DNA of 49,016 bases, the filler included, from Bipalium vagum (lineage: Eukaryota): assembly GCA_037834085.1 (NCBI GenBank). It is 2 parts of 2 records of this genome, joined end to end, with 100 filler letters (N's around TTAATTAATTAA, not from the genome) between each part and the next. Parts side by side here need not be neighbours in the genome. Positions count along the whole stretch, not along the records: positions 23,599 to 49,016 come from JBBMKC010194497.1; 1 more part is not named here. The stretch is one strand, 5' to 3'. Of this stretch, positions 37,565-49,016 are shown in pieces. The stretch's first letter is position 1, and every line of letters starts with the position of its first letter. Made by a program: the position numbers and the translations under genes. A model generated the notes under the pieces. The model had not been told where the DNA came from. It worked only from the letters and a program-made list of their open reading frames with translations, and made no database searches.

Positions 37565-39927
37565 CTACTGCTGTCTACTATAGGGGTGATATCCTCCGGT
37601 GTTACCTGCAGTACTGCCTGCGCCTCCTCGTCCACGCGCGGTCATTTTGCCTCCTGCTGCACTACCTGGAGCTCTCGGGGGTACGACATAAGGCTGTGGC
37701 GGCATCGGATAAGCTGGACAGATCAACGGAACACGCATCAGAAGGAAGAGGAACATGAAATGAAGAAGTCACAATAAGTCACGGAACATCAGTGATAAGA
37801 TAAGATACTTACAGTAACCATACGGATAGCCACCGTAATAACTGCTGTAGTAGGCGTTTGGATCGTATGAGTATGGATATTCATAACTATAGTACTCACT
37901 GCCCGGGGGATACATGGAGCTGTTGTAGTTACCCCAAGCCGTCACTGTCGATAATGGAATCACAATCAATAGGGCCACAGATAAAAACGTCAATCAAACC
38001 GTTACTTTTATTTTTGTTCACTTGATCCTTGGGCACCGCCATTCGCACGTCACACTGCAAATTAAAACGAAACACGATCAAAACGAAAATCAATAAAAAT
38101 TTCGAAATAGAGCGTGATAAGTAGTTATCATTATCAAATGGAAATTTTTTCTTACTTAATCTTTTTTATGTTACCGATATATATGTACAACAAATGTTAC
38201 GACAAAGCTAACTTTAACGCTTAGAGATAAAATGAAAATGATCTTTACCAGAAAATGTTTACGGAGAAAAAATCAATAAAATCGAGTTACATGAAAATAC
38301 CAATGAAATCTCAGCACACCTGTCAGAGGGGAACTTAGCCGTGGTTTGAAAACACGTACGTTTCGTGTATGATGATGGTAGTAGAGGTAGGTACCTTTGT
38401 CCCTTCTTTTTCAAGTCCCACCATGCCGGCAACGTTCAGAAGAAAAGCCTTTTTGGAAACGTTGGCACTACTTTCCTGTTTGAGACACGCGTATTTTGTG
38501 CGGCTTTATAATCGAAAAATGAACTCTCGGCAACAACAAAAGACTCAGCATAAAAAATTGATTATTTTTTTGCTTTTCCAAAATATCCAATCATGCACAA
38601 TCGATAATTATTTTAATAAACTCAGACAAACAAACATCGGTTTGAGAAAGCGAAAAACAATGTTTAAAGATTATTATTATTATGTTAATAAAAAATGACT
38701 TTCACTAAATTATTGACAGGTTTTAATCGGAAAAAAATCAGTTACTAAAATTTAGTAAAAAAATTATGAAAATCGATAATTTAAAAAGTTCAGCTTAAAT
38801 TATGATTATAATTAAATCAATTTCTGAACCATTGATCTCATTTATCTTTACAAATCAATTGACTTTTAAAATTATAAATATATCAAAAAATCGATAATAT
38901 AAATACAAAATAATTAATGCAACTTTAACTAAAATTGTAATAATGCCGATTAATTGATTTTTAAATTATTAATTTATCAATTGACTCCAACAAAGAATGT
39001 AAAAATGACAAATCAAAGCCAATAGTCAAATCTGGTCGACTTTTTACTCTTTGGAAATTAACGATTTTTGTGATTTTGTTTTATTATCGATTTTGTGGTG
39101 TAAAGTGTTAATTTACCTTGGAACCAAACACGTCTTGTTTTTCGATTAAAATAGCGTTTTTCGCCGCTTCCTCTGTGGTGAACGAGAGAAAAACGTACGG
39201 CTTCCTTTTTCCCTTGGACGTGTCAAACGGTAAATCCACGCTTTCCACCTGAACAAAAAAAGAGAATGGAAGATAGACCAAATGTTAGAAACTCCATTTT
39301 GGTTTTCTTATCGTACATTTCCATATTGGGAAAAGAATTCTTTGATTTGATCTTCAGAAACGTCTGGAGAGAGGCCGCCGACGAAAATCTTCTTGTTTGG
39401 CTCCTTAGTGGGCTTTGCTGACTTCGGATCTATCTTTTTGTTCTTCAACCGATGCTCGCTAACTTCGAGCACTCGTCTCATCACCTCCTCACTCTCCATC
39501 GTAACAAAGCCAAATCCCCGGGAATTCCCGGTCATTTTGTCGAGTTTGATGACGCAGTGAGTCACTTTGCCCCAAGACTCGAAGTACGACTTCAGGTCGT
39601 CCTCGGTCGTTTCCCAGCTCAATCCGCCGACGAAAAGTTTTCTATTCGAGCATTAAATGAAGGAAGGAAGAAAGCGTAGAAATCCCGTTCGGGATCGGAT
39701 CAGAAACACAACCTGCTGTCATCGTCGTCATCGACTTCGTTTGTCGAATCGACTTTGTTGCTCCATTTGTTGTTGGAGTCGTCGTTGGTACCCAAACGAG
39801 ACGTGTCATCTGGTACATTTTCTGCTGTTTCATCCTTCTCAAAATTGTCAGCGTCGACTTGTTCCACCACTTCCTTGTGGTTCTCGACGTCCTCGCTGAA
39901 ATTTTCGTTAGAATTGGTGGCCGACAT
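37565..39927 (-). CDS. hnRNP A/B-D (squid-like) two-RRM protein, 335 aa. Exons 39927-39713, 39641-39317, 39248-39117, 38054-38000, 37944-37813, 37713-37565
   Basis: KLFVGGLSWETT, SRGFGFV, KKIDPK and KIFVGGL; Tyr/Gly-rich tail with RGRGG and terminal GYHPY (PY-NLS-like). All junctions are GT-AG and total 1008 nt in frame. Confidence 0.93.
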
Positions 39928-40970
39928 GTTTTATGAAATGAAATTGAAACTGTTTTTAAATTGATCGATTAAAACAAATTTGTTTTGTGATTTATTAATT
40001 TCATTTAAGAAATGACTTTTGCTTTCTCCACCAAAACCAGTTTTTCTGGTCCAGATCAATTTTAGAAATTCTTTTTGAATTTTTTAAATTTAATTTCTTA
40101 TCAAAATAATTAAGAATATTAAACCAAAATTAATTAATAATATTTGATAAACTTTAATGAATTTTTAAGTTAACAAATTTCAAATAATATGAGGTTACCA
40201 AAATAATCTCACAATCATAACTTTAAAATTCAATTTCAAATTCAACATAGGTATATATAAAGCTATTGGACCAAAACACTTAAACCATATACACAAAAAT
40301 CCGTGGTAAGCCAGGTAAACCCAATGCAATTGTAAATATCATTTCAATATCATTTAAAAATAAACTTATCAAAAATAGTTTATATTAAGAATGATTTATG
40401 TAAATGTCTTAGAAATTCTTCGTAATTTTTGGAATATACGTAGGCTACTCGACAAGTGTTACAAAATGACACTCTACATTAGCTCGATGTGATCTGAATT
40501 TTTATGATAACATTTTGATTTTTTAAGGTGTGCCTTAATGTTACATTTTGAACAGATGCTTTTGGATAATTGATATTTCAATACTTCTTAATATAAAAAT
40601 GAAATTAAATCCCGATAATTGAAAAATCATGATTTATTAATATTAGCGAGGATATTTATCTTAAAGGTATTTCATTTCTCAGTCTAATTCAACTTTTGGT
40701 GATGAAACCCTTCACAATTCCACTCTACATTACTGATTCGAAAAATCTAACAGTGGTCTTAGTTCACTGACGGATTACTTTAAGAGCATCCAAAACCAAT
40801 CGTGGGACTAACAAGCATTATTGTCACCAAAGAACTAATAAAGCTTGGTTATAATATGACTTAAATCAAGATTTGTGCATCATTGAGTATTAATATGACT
40901 TAAATATACTTAGTGTTCCATGAATATTTTGGTGTGAAAATCTGTGTACCGATTAGATCTTGCATATATT

Positions 40971-41091
40971 TGTTGAGTTAGCCAAGGACACATCCTTGCC
41001 AACCCTTGTAAAAGTAGAAGTATGGTAGAAACCGCAATATGGCTTAGATTGATTATTATCAATTAATTATTAGGACCACAAGAGGGTCAGA

Positions 41092-41146
<55 letters not shown>

Positions 41147-41725
41147 TAATTATTAATTAATTAATTAAAAAGTACCAAAATGGGCAATTAATTATTTCCA
41201 AAAAGAATCTAATCTTGATAATGGCGAACCTAAATTGCCAAGATTAGATCAGGGTCAGCAAGGAGGAACCGATTTAGAATTATCAGGCTAAAAGGGGATT
41301 GATCGTCTGATCAGAATAGTATATAAAGAGTTTGAATCCGCAGTGGATTGCCACAGAAGTGAGATCGAGAGCTGCTGTTATTATTTTCAGAAAAGTGATC
41401 GAGCTATTATTATTGTCAGAAGAGTGATATTGTCAGAAGAGGGATCAATAGTTGCTATTATTATTTTCAGAATAGTGATCGAGCTATTATTATTGTCAGA
41501 AGAGTGCTATTGTGATTACGAGTTGTCATTATTATTTTCAGAAGGAGGACCAAGAATTAATTTGCTGCTATTATCTGAAGACTTTTTATTCGACATTGTA
41601 ATTCATATAGATGCCCTCTATGCGACAGGAGCACACGACGGGTCCTGTGCGGTTAGGGGATTTCTGAGCTGACCGGATTGGGCTCAGCTAACCACCCTTT
41701 GGACCTGACGTCACAAGTGGTGAGG
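40971..41725 (+). mobile_element. LTR copy of the structured-LTR family
   Basis: Colinear with 3685-4240. TATATAAA near 41320, an internal (AAT)n tract and an internal tandem array. Confidence 0.85.
41357..41582. repeat. Degenerate ~28-30 nt tandem array inside the LTR
   Basis: Repeated GTGATCGAGCTATTATTATTGTCAGAAGA-like units. Confidence 0.85.
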
Positions 41726-41824
41726 TTTCCATTTACTATAACAGTGTTTCAGAAATACAAGAGCCCCTAAGGGTGTATCTGACAAGGACGGCCTTATCTT
41801 TGTACTGAAGTTCGCTGAGACAGA

Positions 41825-42900
41825 TGACACATTTTAATATCTGTAGATGTTGGCTTCATTGTTAAAATGACATCAAACAACCTTTGTAAGCTTTCTGTAA
41901 GCTTTCCAATATTTCTGAAGAGAGTAAATTCCACAGATAACCATCTAAAACTTTCTTGTCCAATAACCACAATTGATTTTTCTTTTTGAAAAACAGTTCA
42001 TAAAGTTGTTCTTGAAGGTTGGGTATTGAACGTTGGCATTACTGGCTATGGTCTCAAATAATTCCGAATCACTGATACTGAAAAGACGAGGTGCTACCAT
42101 CTTTTCTATAATTAAATCTCGGGGTTGTATTAGGGGATGGATGAATAAGAAGCCATCCTGGCTTCCAATATAAGAAGGGGTTTAATTATAGAAAAGACGG
42201 TTGATTTCAAGCTAAGATTGATTGTTTGAATGTTATGAAAGCTGGATCATTTAAACTCCGAAGTGAATTCATGACGTCAACGCTCAGCCGTTTACAAATC
42301 CTGTTTTTTAAATTATCAACGAAACACTTGGTAATTTCGCTTTCGAGCAAAGAAAGCTTGTTAAACATAAATTTAATAATTGTATCAGCACGAAGTGTAT
42401 GTCTGTGCACAGGTGAGATACTGTTTGCTTGAATGCCCTCTGCATCACGTCGCTTCATCGTTGGGGAATCTTTATCAATGACTGGAACGGAGTTGTTATT
42501 ATAATAGTGTTCTTTATTGATACAAGATGTAAGAAAAATGGACCTCTTTCCCACTTCCTGACCAGCGAGGATACATTATTAGAGTTACTGGCAGAAGACA
42601 GAAAGTCAGTTACAGATTGTTTCCTCAATAATAACTTAATCCCTTTTCTCATTATCTAACCTCCTCTCATCCTCAAAATTATTCCTGTCAGCTGGAAACA
42701 GTTTTCCTTTACAGACAACAATATTGACATTGGTATTTTTTCAGTTTATTTCAGTCGTTTCAGAAAAAGAACCGAGAGCAGATTTTCCAGTATTATAAAA
42801 CGCTGTTAAAAGCATTATCCAATAAAGTTTCTCATTTTTCATTCGGTAAAATGAGCTCAAGTCTGTACCTATTTTGCTCACGATGGTTCGAAAAATTAAC
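41825..42900 (-). pseudogene. Decayed hAT-family transposase
   Basis: KLTESLQRLFDVILTMKPTSTD resembles the hAT dimerization motif. TLRADTIIKFMFNKL..NLKNRICKR..LNDP resembles the hAT insertion-domain region. Confidence 0.55.
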
Positions 42901-43049
42901 AACACTGACACTGTGTGACAGAGAAGGAGGAGTCCTCGATCTCATTTGTAACTGGTTCGGAGAAGAAAATTATTTGGTTGAATAGGGTTGAATAATTAAA
43001 TAATAATAATTATTTAATAATATAATAATAAGTTGAATAATAATAAGTA

Positions 43050-43830
43050 AGCAGGCTCAACCGGATAAAATTAGTCCCACATTACACTTTGTATCAGGCG
43101 CAGGTGGTTGATGAGATGACTGATTGAGGAAGTTTTAGTCTTCATTAAGCAGTCATCATTAGCAGCCGGTTGCCTGAGGTACGTAATTTTATTCAAATTG
43201 ACTAATTTAATTTAATTTATTTTTTTTTATTATTTTATTCTTAACTTTTTTTTGTTATTTCTATTTTAAAATGAATTTCAATGATGTCGCTTTTTATAAC
43301 GTTCTCCACTGAGTTTGTTAAAGTGATGCAATAATTGACAAGATCTGACAATTTTTGACGAGTCTCGATTTATTAGACAAGAACGAAATCGATAATTACA
43401 TTACAAGATGAACTGATAAGAGTAAAAAGTGTAATAATGATATGAACGGGGGTAGTATGATGAGGATAGGAGCAGGAGAAATACAATCTTGATGGTGTAG
43501 TCTGGTTTATATAGATACGAGTACTTTTGTATATTGAGAGAAGAAAAACAGCACTTGAATATGTTGATAAAAATATACCAGCGATATGCTGGATGATTTG
43601 TTCGAACAGAGCCCATTCAATGGAAAAAGAGAAGATAGAGGACGTCCCTAATGGATATCAAAGTTTGAAGTAGCAGTGGAAAAGGTGACTGGCGAATTAC
43701 AGGAGCTCTGCCAGTTTCTATTTAATGGAGTAGCAACGTTTCTCGAGCCAAAAGATTTTGAGGAGAAATTGTTGAAAATGTTGATGATGTCAATAGAATT
43801 ATATGAAAACGTACTTTGGTTAAAATTTAT
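43050..43830 (+). mobile_element. Decayed retroelement leader and gag fragment
   Basis: Hairpin leader, then PFNGKRED..WISKFEVAVEK, similar to gypsy Gag N-terminal motifs. Confidence 0.4.
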
Positions 43831-44225
43831 TAATAAACTTTTCCTTTATATATTTGTTAGTTTAATTATTTATTTAATTTTATCCAGGTAAATAAATAAT
43901 TAATTAAAAAAACCAACTATTATTGATTTAAAATTGAAGTCAGATTAGATCAGACCAGAGAGAGCCGAAGATTTTAGTTAATATTTTCACAGAATATTAA
44001 AATTTCTTCACATTTTTACTTTTTTCAACATAACAAAAAAATATTTAAAAATCTTAATCAATAAAAATATTCTATAAATTTTTTAAATCAATATAAAAAA
44101 TAAATCTATAAAAATAGGAGAATTAATATAAAGATTGGTAAATATTTTATCTTAAAAAATATTTAGTTTATATTTAATTAAATAATAGTTTATATTTTAT
44201 AAATTATAATTGTAACAAAAAATAT

Positions 44226-44460
44226 GATTATTTAGAAATTTCTTTTAATCCGACAACTGCAACAACTTTAAATAGAAACGGAAATTTAACTTTGTGATTA
44301 CAAACAACAGCTTCTTTAAATTTATTAGAAGCCTTATTAGTTTTCGAAAAAGAGATAGAATTTATAAAAGCCAATGAAAATTTAAATTTACAAAATAATT
44401 TCTTTTCTTTTTTTATCAAATACAATTTTAAAAATAGATTAAACAGAAGAAAAAACAAAA
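44226..44460 (+). pseudogene. Polinton major capsid protein N-terminal fragment
   Basis: YLEISFNPTTATTLNRNGNLTL..LLEALLVFE..NLNLQNNFFSFF resembles the double jelly-roll MCP N-terminus. Confidence 0.55.
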
Positions 44461-44789
44461 AATGAATTCAAAGAAAGTTTACCTGAAAATATACCTTTTT
44501 AAAATAAAATTAAGTCGAATTGAAAATATTATGCTGTTGAATGTTATAAAAAATTATGTTCAGAATTTAATATTTGGTAGTCTTTTTGGAAAGTGATAAA
44601 AGAAGTTTTGCAAGAAAAATTTAGAGATCATTTCAACAATGATTTTACAATAATAATAGTTGCAGAGAAACATAAATATGAAATAAATAGGATTGTTTAT
44701 TTTGGATCAATAAATCATTATCATATTTTTGGTTGGTATAATAATTATAGAAATTATTTTAATATTGAGTTATATTTTTTATATTTTCA

Positions 44790-45420
44790 TTATATTTTGA
44801 AATCATTTCTTTAAAAACTAAATGAGAATCATATCCAGATTCATTATGAAAAATAAAATAGAATGAAGTTTTTTTAATAATAATAAATTTATTTGTTTTT
44901 CTTCTTTATTTGGTTTAGAATTAAAATTTTCTGGGTGTAGATGGTATTAAATTTACCCTTGGTATATGCGACTCCATAGAGTTTTTATTTGCAGAAATAT
45001 TATTTGTTTATGGAAATTTTAATACTTTTTATTTTTAATGGAAAGCTGATATTATTTAAATTTAATTTATTTATATATTCCAGATTACCAACTCCACCAG
45101 AATGAGTTTTCGCTGAATGAAAATGTGCTAAAAAGACTAAGCAAAACATTTATCATCATTGTTTTCAATATTTACAATGTAAGTTGATTTATTAATAATG
45201 GTAAATGGTAATTTTTTATAAGGTGATCCAACCAAAGATTTGTTTGAATTAAAACTTTTTATCATTTTAATCTGACAAAGTATAAATAGCATAGTTTCTT
45301 TTATTTTTAATTTATTAATAAACTTTGTTTTTCATTTTACAAATTTCATACTACACCACCTGATAATTGAGTTTTCATTAAAATATGTCAAAGTTGACAA
45401 ACATTTATTTTTTTCAGATT
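44790..45420 (-). pseudogene. Polinton/Maverick pPolB fragment
   Basis: VGSPYKKLPF..IVNIENNDDKCFA and IFHNESGYDSHL (exonuclease motif). Confidence 0.8.
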
Positions 45421-45874
45421 GAGTCCTTATTTTAAAAAATATTTTCCTTTTTAATTTTTTATTATTAAATAATTTTTTTATTAAAAAAAATAAAATTAAT
45501 AAATAAATGATTAAATTGTGAAATTGAATTTCCTTTGGAAGCGAGATATTTAATTATTAATATTAATGGGAGTTTTCATAAAATATTTATTCTTGTCCAA
45601 GGAAAAAAAAATATATACTCAATTTATAAACAAGCATTTACAAATATTTAAAAAATATAATTAATTATTTATAATTCAACGTTTTCTTAATAAAATATAT
45701 ATTTCTTTCACAAAGAAAAAAAATTCAAATTATAAAATTCCTTTTTTCTGTCAAATAATAATTATTAAGTTCTTAAATAATTTTTTAAATAAAAATTTGG
45801 TGAACTAAAATTTATAAAATTTTTTATAATTTTAAAATAATTATTTCATTATATATAAAATAATAAATCTGCCA

Positions 45875-45924
<50 letters not shown>

Positions 45925-47119
45925 TTCTTTTTATTCCCTGAGTGGTGACTATTTTTGGCACTCTGGGAAAGTCACAATAATGCTTATGAATATAAGACGC
46001 CACTGCCCGGATACGGACCCTAGGTGGTCTTACATAAAGGGCTGTCAAGCTGTAGAAAGTTGCCACAACGAAATTATTGAAGGATTGTATTTCAAAGCTG
46101 TAAGAGTTTTGACATTTGGTGATTATCGAAGGCATGTTATTTGTGGGTTTGCAGCAACAAGACAATTTTTTTGCCAGAAAATTTCTACGATATTTGTTTC
46201 CATCTCAAAGACGCATGTTGAACTTTTGCAGGGGTTTTGACAATCATTCCACCCTGTGGAGTTCGTTCGTCTTTAGATGCGTCTCACTGACGACCCAAGG
46301 CCTGATTGAAATTGCTCGTCGAGGAAGGGCTCGTTCATTAAATTATTTTTTTGTGTTTCGTTTCATTTACTTTATCTTATTGAACTTTATTGACATTTTT
46401 ATTAACATTGATTCCATTATTGATTCTCGTTGGTATAATTACTTGACATTCGATTATTGATTTATTTTTATAAGTGCTGGCAAAAGTTGTGGGTAATTGT
46501 TGATCTATTTGAATTGGTGAATGTGCGTCATTGGACGATTGTATTGTCTTTGTGTTAAAAAGGTTTTATTGTCGAACTGATTATTCTCCTTCTCTCATTA
46601 ACATCAACCATGAGTGAGAGGAAGGGCAGCGACTAAAGGTTTGGATTTCTACTACTCGTTACAAATTGACAAAATAGTTGGGCTTGCCTTCACTTATCGT
46701 TAAATATTAGATTAAAATGTACTGGCATTTAATCAATGAAACGGTCATGTCTCGTTAGATGCCCTAAATGTTTGTGGACAGAAAAATGAATGTCATTTCT
46801 AAGACCTTTATGGACTTACTCTTCTTACTCTTCAACGTGAACATGTCCGATATGGGTTCGGTGTCGTTTGGTGCTAATTGTAATTCGTTGGTTTCATGGA
46901 TTACATTGTCGCTTCACAAATGTCTTCACTGGGGAACGGCTTTTTGTCACAGAGCTGACCACAAAGAATTTCCATCAATCCAGACTCTTGAGAATTTCCA
47001 TGACTCTGTCGGTTGTTCTCGGTACAGCTCGACCATGTGGTACAACCTCAAAATGAATTATGTCTTCACATATACATCGATACAACTTCACCTTTTCACA
47101 AATCGATTCTTTTTAACAA

Positions 47120-48000
47120 TTGGTGCACGAGGTTGGGCTTGTAACATCCAATATTATTTTCCCTTGATTAATAAAATAGATACATTTTTCATCTGCAGTA
47201 ACGGTGCGACCTGAAAAGACTTGTTGCAGATTTCCAAGCGCCTTTCATCCTGACGTTCCGATAACCCATGCAGATCTAATATAGGTCGCTTACAGTCAGA
47301 GTTAAATCGCGTGTGGCGGCCGCGTGTGAGTGATCAATTAATTGGTTGGCTGATGAGCATTTTCATTCGTCGAGGACACCAGAAACTGGCTCCAATCTTG
47401 GTTCTTCTCAAAAAACAGGGATTTCTTTCAAAGCCGACAAAAGTCAAGCTGGAGTCATTGGAGGAGCGAATGGTCGAAGGGCTGGAATGCCGTTATCTGT
47501 CCCTCGAAGGGGTACTGAAAGAGTTGAAGGCGGATCTTGAACCCATAGGAATCATTAGAGGAATTATCACCATTAAGTTGGGCAACATTCAACAAGAGCT
47601 CTCTTACCACCAGACATTAGATGAAGTTTTCATGCTGACCGCATTGATTGGATGGTCCTTTCGATCGATTCAGACAAGTGAAAAGGTTTGTGATCTTGGT
47701 GATCGAGGGTACCACAGGTCTTCGCAGTAAATATGATCGAGAAAGGGAAGGGAGACATTCTCTCTGCCGCCTACTCATCAGTTGGAGAAATGTTATCTGA
47801 CCGGAATAATTAAGGCTGACCGTAAATGGCCTCCTAAACCTGAAAGGAATACCGAAGGGATTCATGGATCTGATGGCACGTGGTCAAACTCTCAAGAAAG
47901 GCAGGTCGGATCAGCTCATGAATAAGAGTGACGGATTGTGAGTTCCCAGGTGAGGCTTTCGGGCCTTGACTAGCCTGAAGGAAAGATTACCCAACAACGA
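47120..48000 (+). mobile_element. Highly deleted gypsy internal remnant (PBS-like site, protease, RT connection)
   Basis: ..AACA AT TGGTGCACGAGG. Protease-like LEPIGIIRGIITIKLG..TALIGWSF and connection-like FRALTSLKERL. Confidence 0.45.
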
Positions 48001-49016
48001 CAGCTCGGCCCCATCCATCAACATTTTCCCAAGGAGAGCGAGACAGTCCTACTGCTGCTGAACAATCATCACGCGGTTTCCATGAGCGTACAGGCAGCGA
48101 GCAGAGCTCCCTGGGCACGGGAGGCCAGAGATTGTTAGGAGGAGAAATCGCCCGAGAGCGCCCTCCGGGTACGCAGGCACTTGCAAGGCACTTTAAATGC
48201 CAATTATTTTGCTAGCAACACATGGGAACGGTGATGAAAAGCTGCCCTCAAAGAAAGGAAATGTTTATCGATTACAGTTTGTAGGAAAACTAATTAATTT
48301 GCTCCCATTCAGCTGGGCCTGGGAACAAGACAATGAAACCGAAGAGGCAAAGTGACGCGTTCCAGAGCAGGTTGGAGTGTGAGGCTGGAGCAGGAGGCCA
48401 GAGCGGGACTCGTGAGCGCAGGCCGGCGCAATTGCTATCTGCAGCTTCCATCTTCATTTCACCGGGAACGCCAGGCAACGTCGTTTGGGAAGCGTTACCA
48501 CGGCAGCGCCGTTCTCCGAGCGGCTCAATCAATATTGCCCATGTCTCCCAGAGCCGAGGGCAATCGATGGAAGCCCGCTCGCCCCGATGCACGGCAGAAT
48601 CTGTCCGCGCGGCCTCTGTAACGCGAATCCGTGCCAATTAAGATATCATTGAAACCAATAATTAATCCCTCTGCTCTAAAGGCATGAGCGCCCATCGCTC
48701 CGTCGACAGCCGCGGTCTGCGGGCAGGTAGCTCTGCGGCAGGTAGGCTCTGCAGCCAGGGCAACGGCAGAGAATGATCGCTATCGCGCAGCCAGCACGGC
48801 CACAGGCAGAGGCAGCCATCCTCACATGGTACCGCGCAGCCAATGGTGACGACATGGAGGGGTCCACATGTGGCTACAAATGTAATAATAGCATCGATTT
48901 TCTTTTCAAAACACTTTCAATTAGGACTGTCACCGTTGTTGCTATTACTACTTTCAATTTATATTATTTTATTATTTTATTATTTTTTAATTTTTTTAAT
49001 TTTATTACTTTATTAT

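Noticed and set aside
38369-38698. 109-aa plus-strand ORF nested in the hnRNP intron
   Set aside because: No homology signal; better explained as antisense to the candidate cassette exon.
41357-41582. CRISPR-like appearance of the tandem array
   Set aside because: No unique spacers, no cas genes, and a eukaryotic LTR context.
46286-46320. Hammerhead-like CTGACGA..GAAA (and other CTGANGA hits, e.g. 19894, 27502, 47350)
   Set aside because: No stem II closing onto GAAA and no compatible stems I/III.
48290-48867. ORFs in the GC-rich island
   Set aside because: Low-information Ala/Arg/Ser-rich frames on both strands, typical of GC-rich non-coding DNA.

Overview
AT-rich eukaryotic (metazoan) genomic DNA with many short 41-99 nt GT-AG introns. 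The AT content, (AAT)n tracts and TRAF type are compatible with a free-living flatworm, but this is inference only. A 100-nt artificial spacer (N44-TTAATTAATTAA-N44, 23499-23598) joins two contigs. Six host genes can be reconstructed: a long coiled-coil protein (-), a tiny NUP42/NUPL2-like gene absent from the ORF track (-), a secreted EPN-type C-type lectin (-) head-to-head with a TRAF RING/zinc-finger/MATH gene (+), an intronless TAF8-like gene (+), and an hnRNP A/B-D/squid-like two-RRM gene (-) with candidate cassette and poison exons. The rest is mostly decayed mobile DNA: Ty3/gypsy remnants, Polinton/Maverick fragments (pPolB, integrase, PLA2X, capsid), Tc1/mariner and hAT. The most striking non-coding signal is a modular LTR family in five copies with conserved palindromes, a covarying multi-stem leader RNA and a splice-donor-like site right after it.
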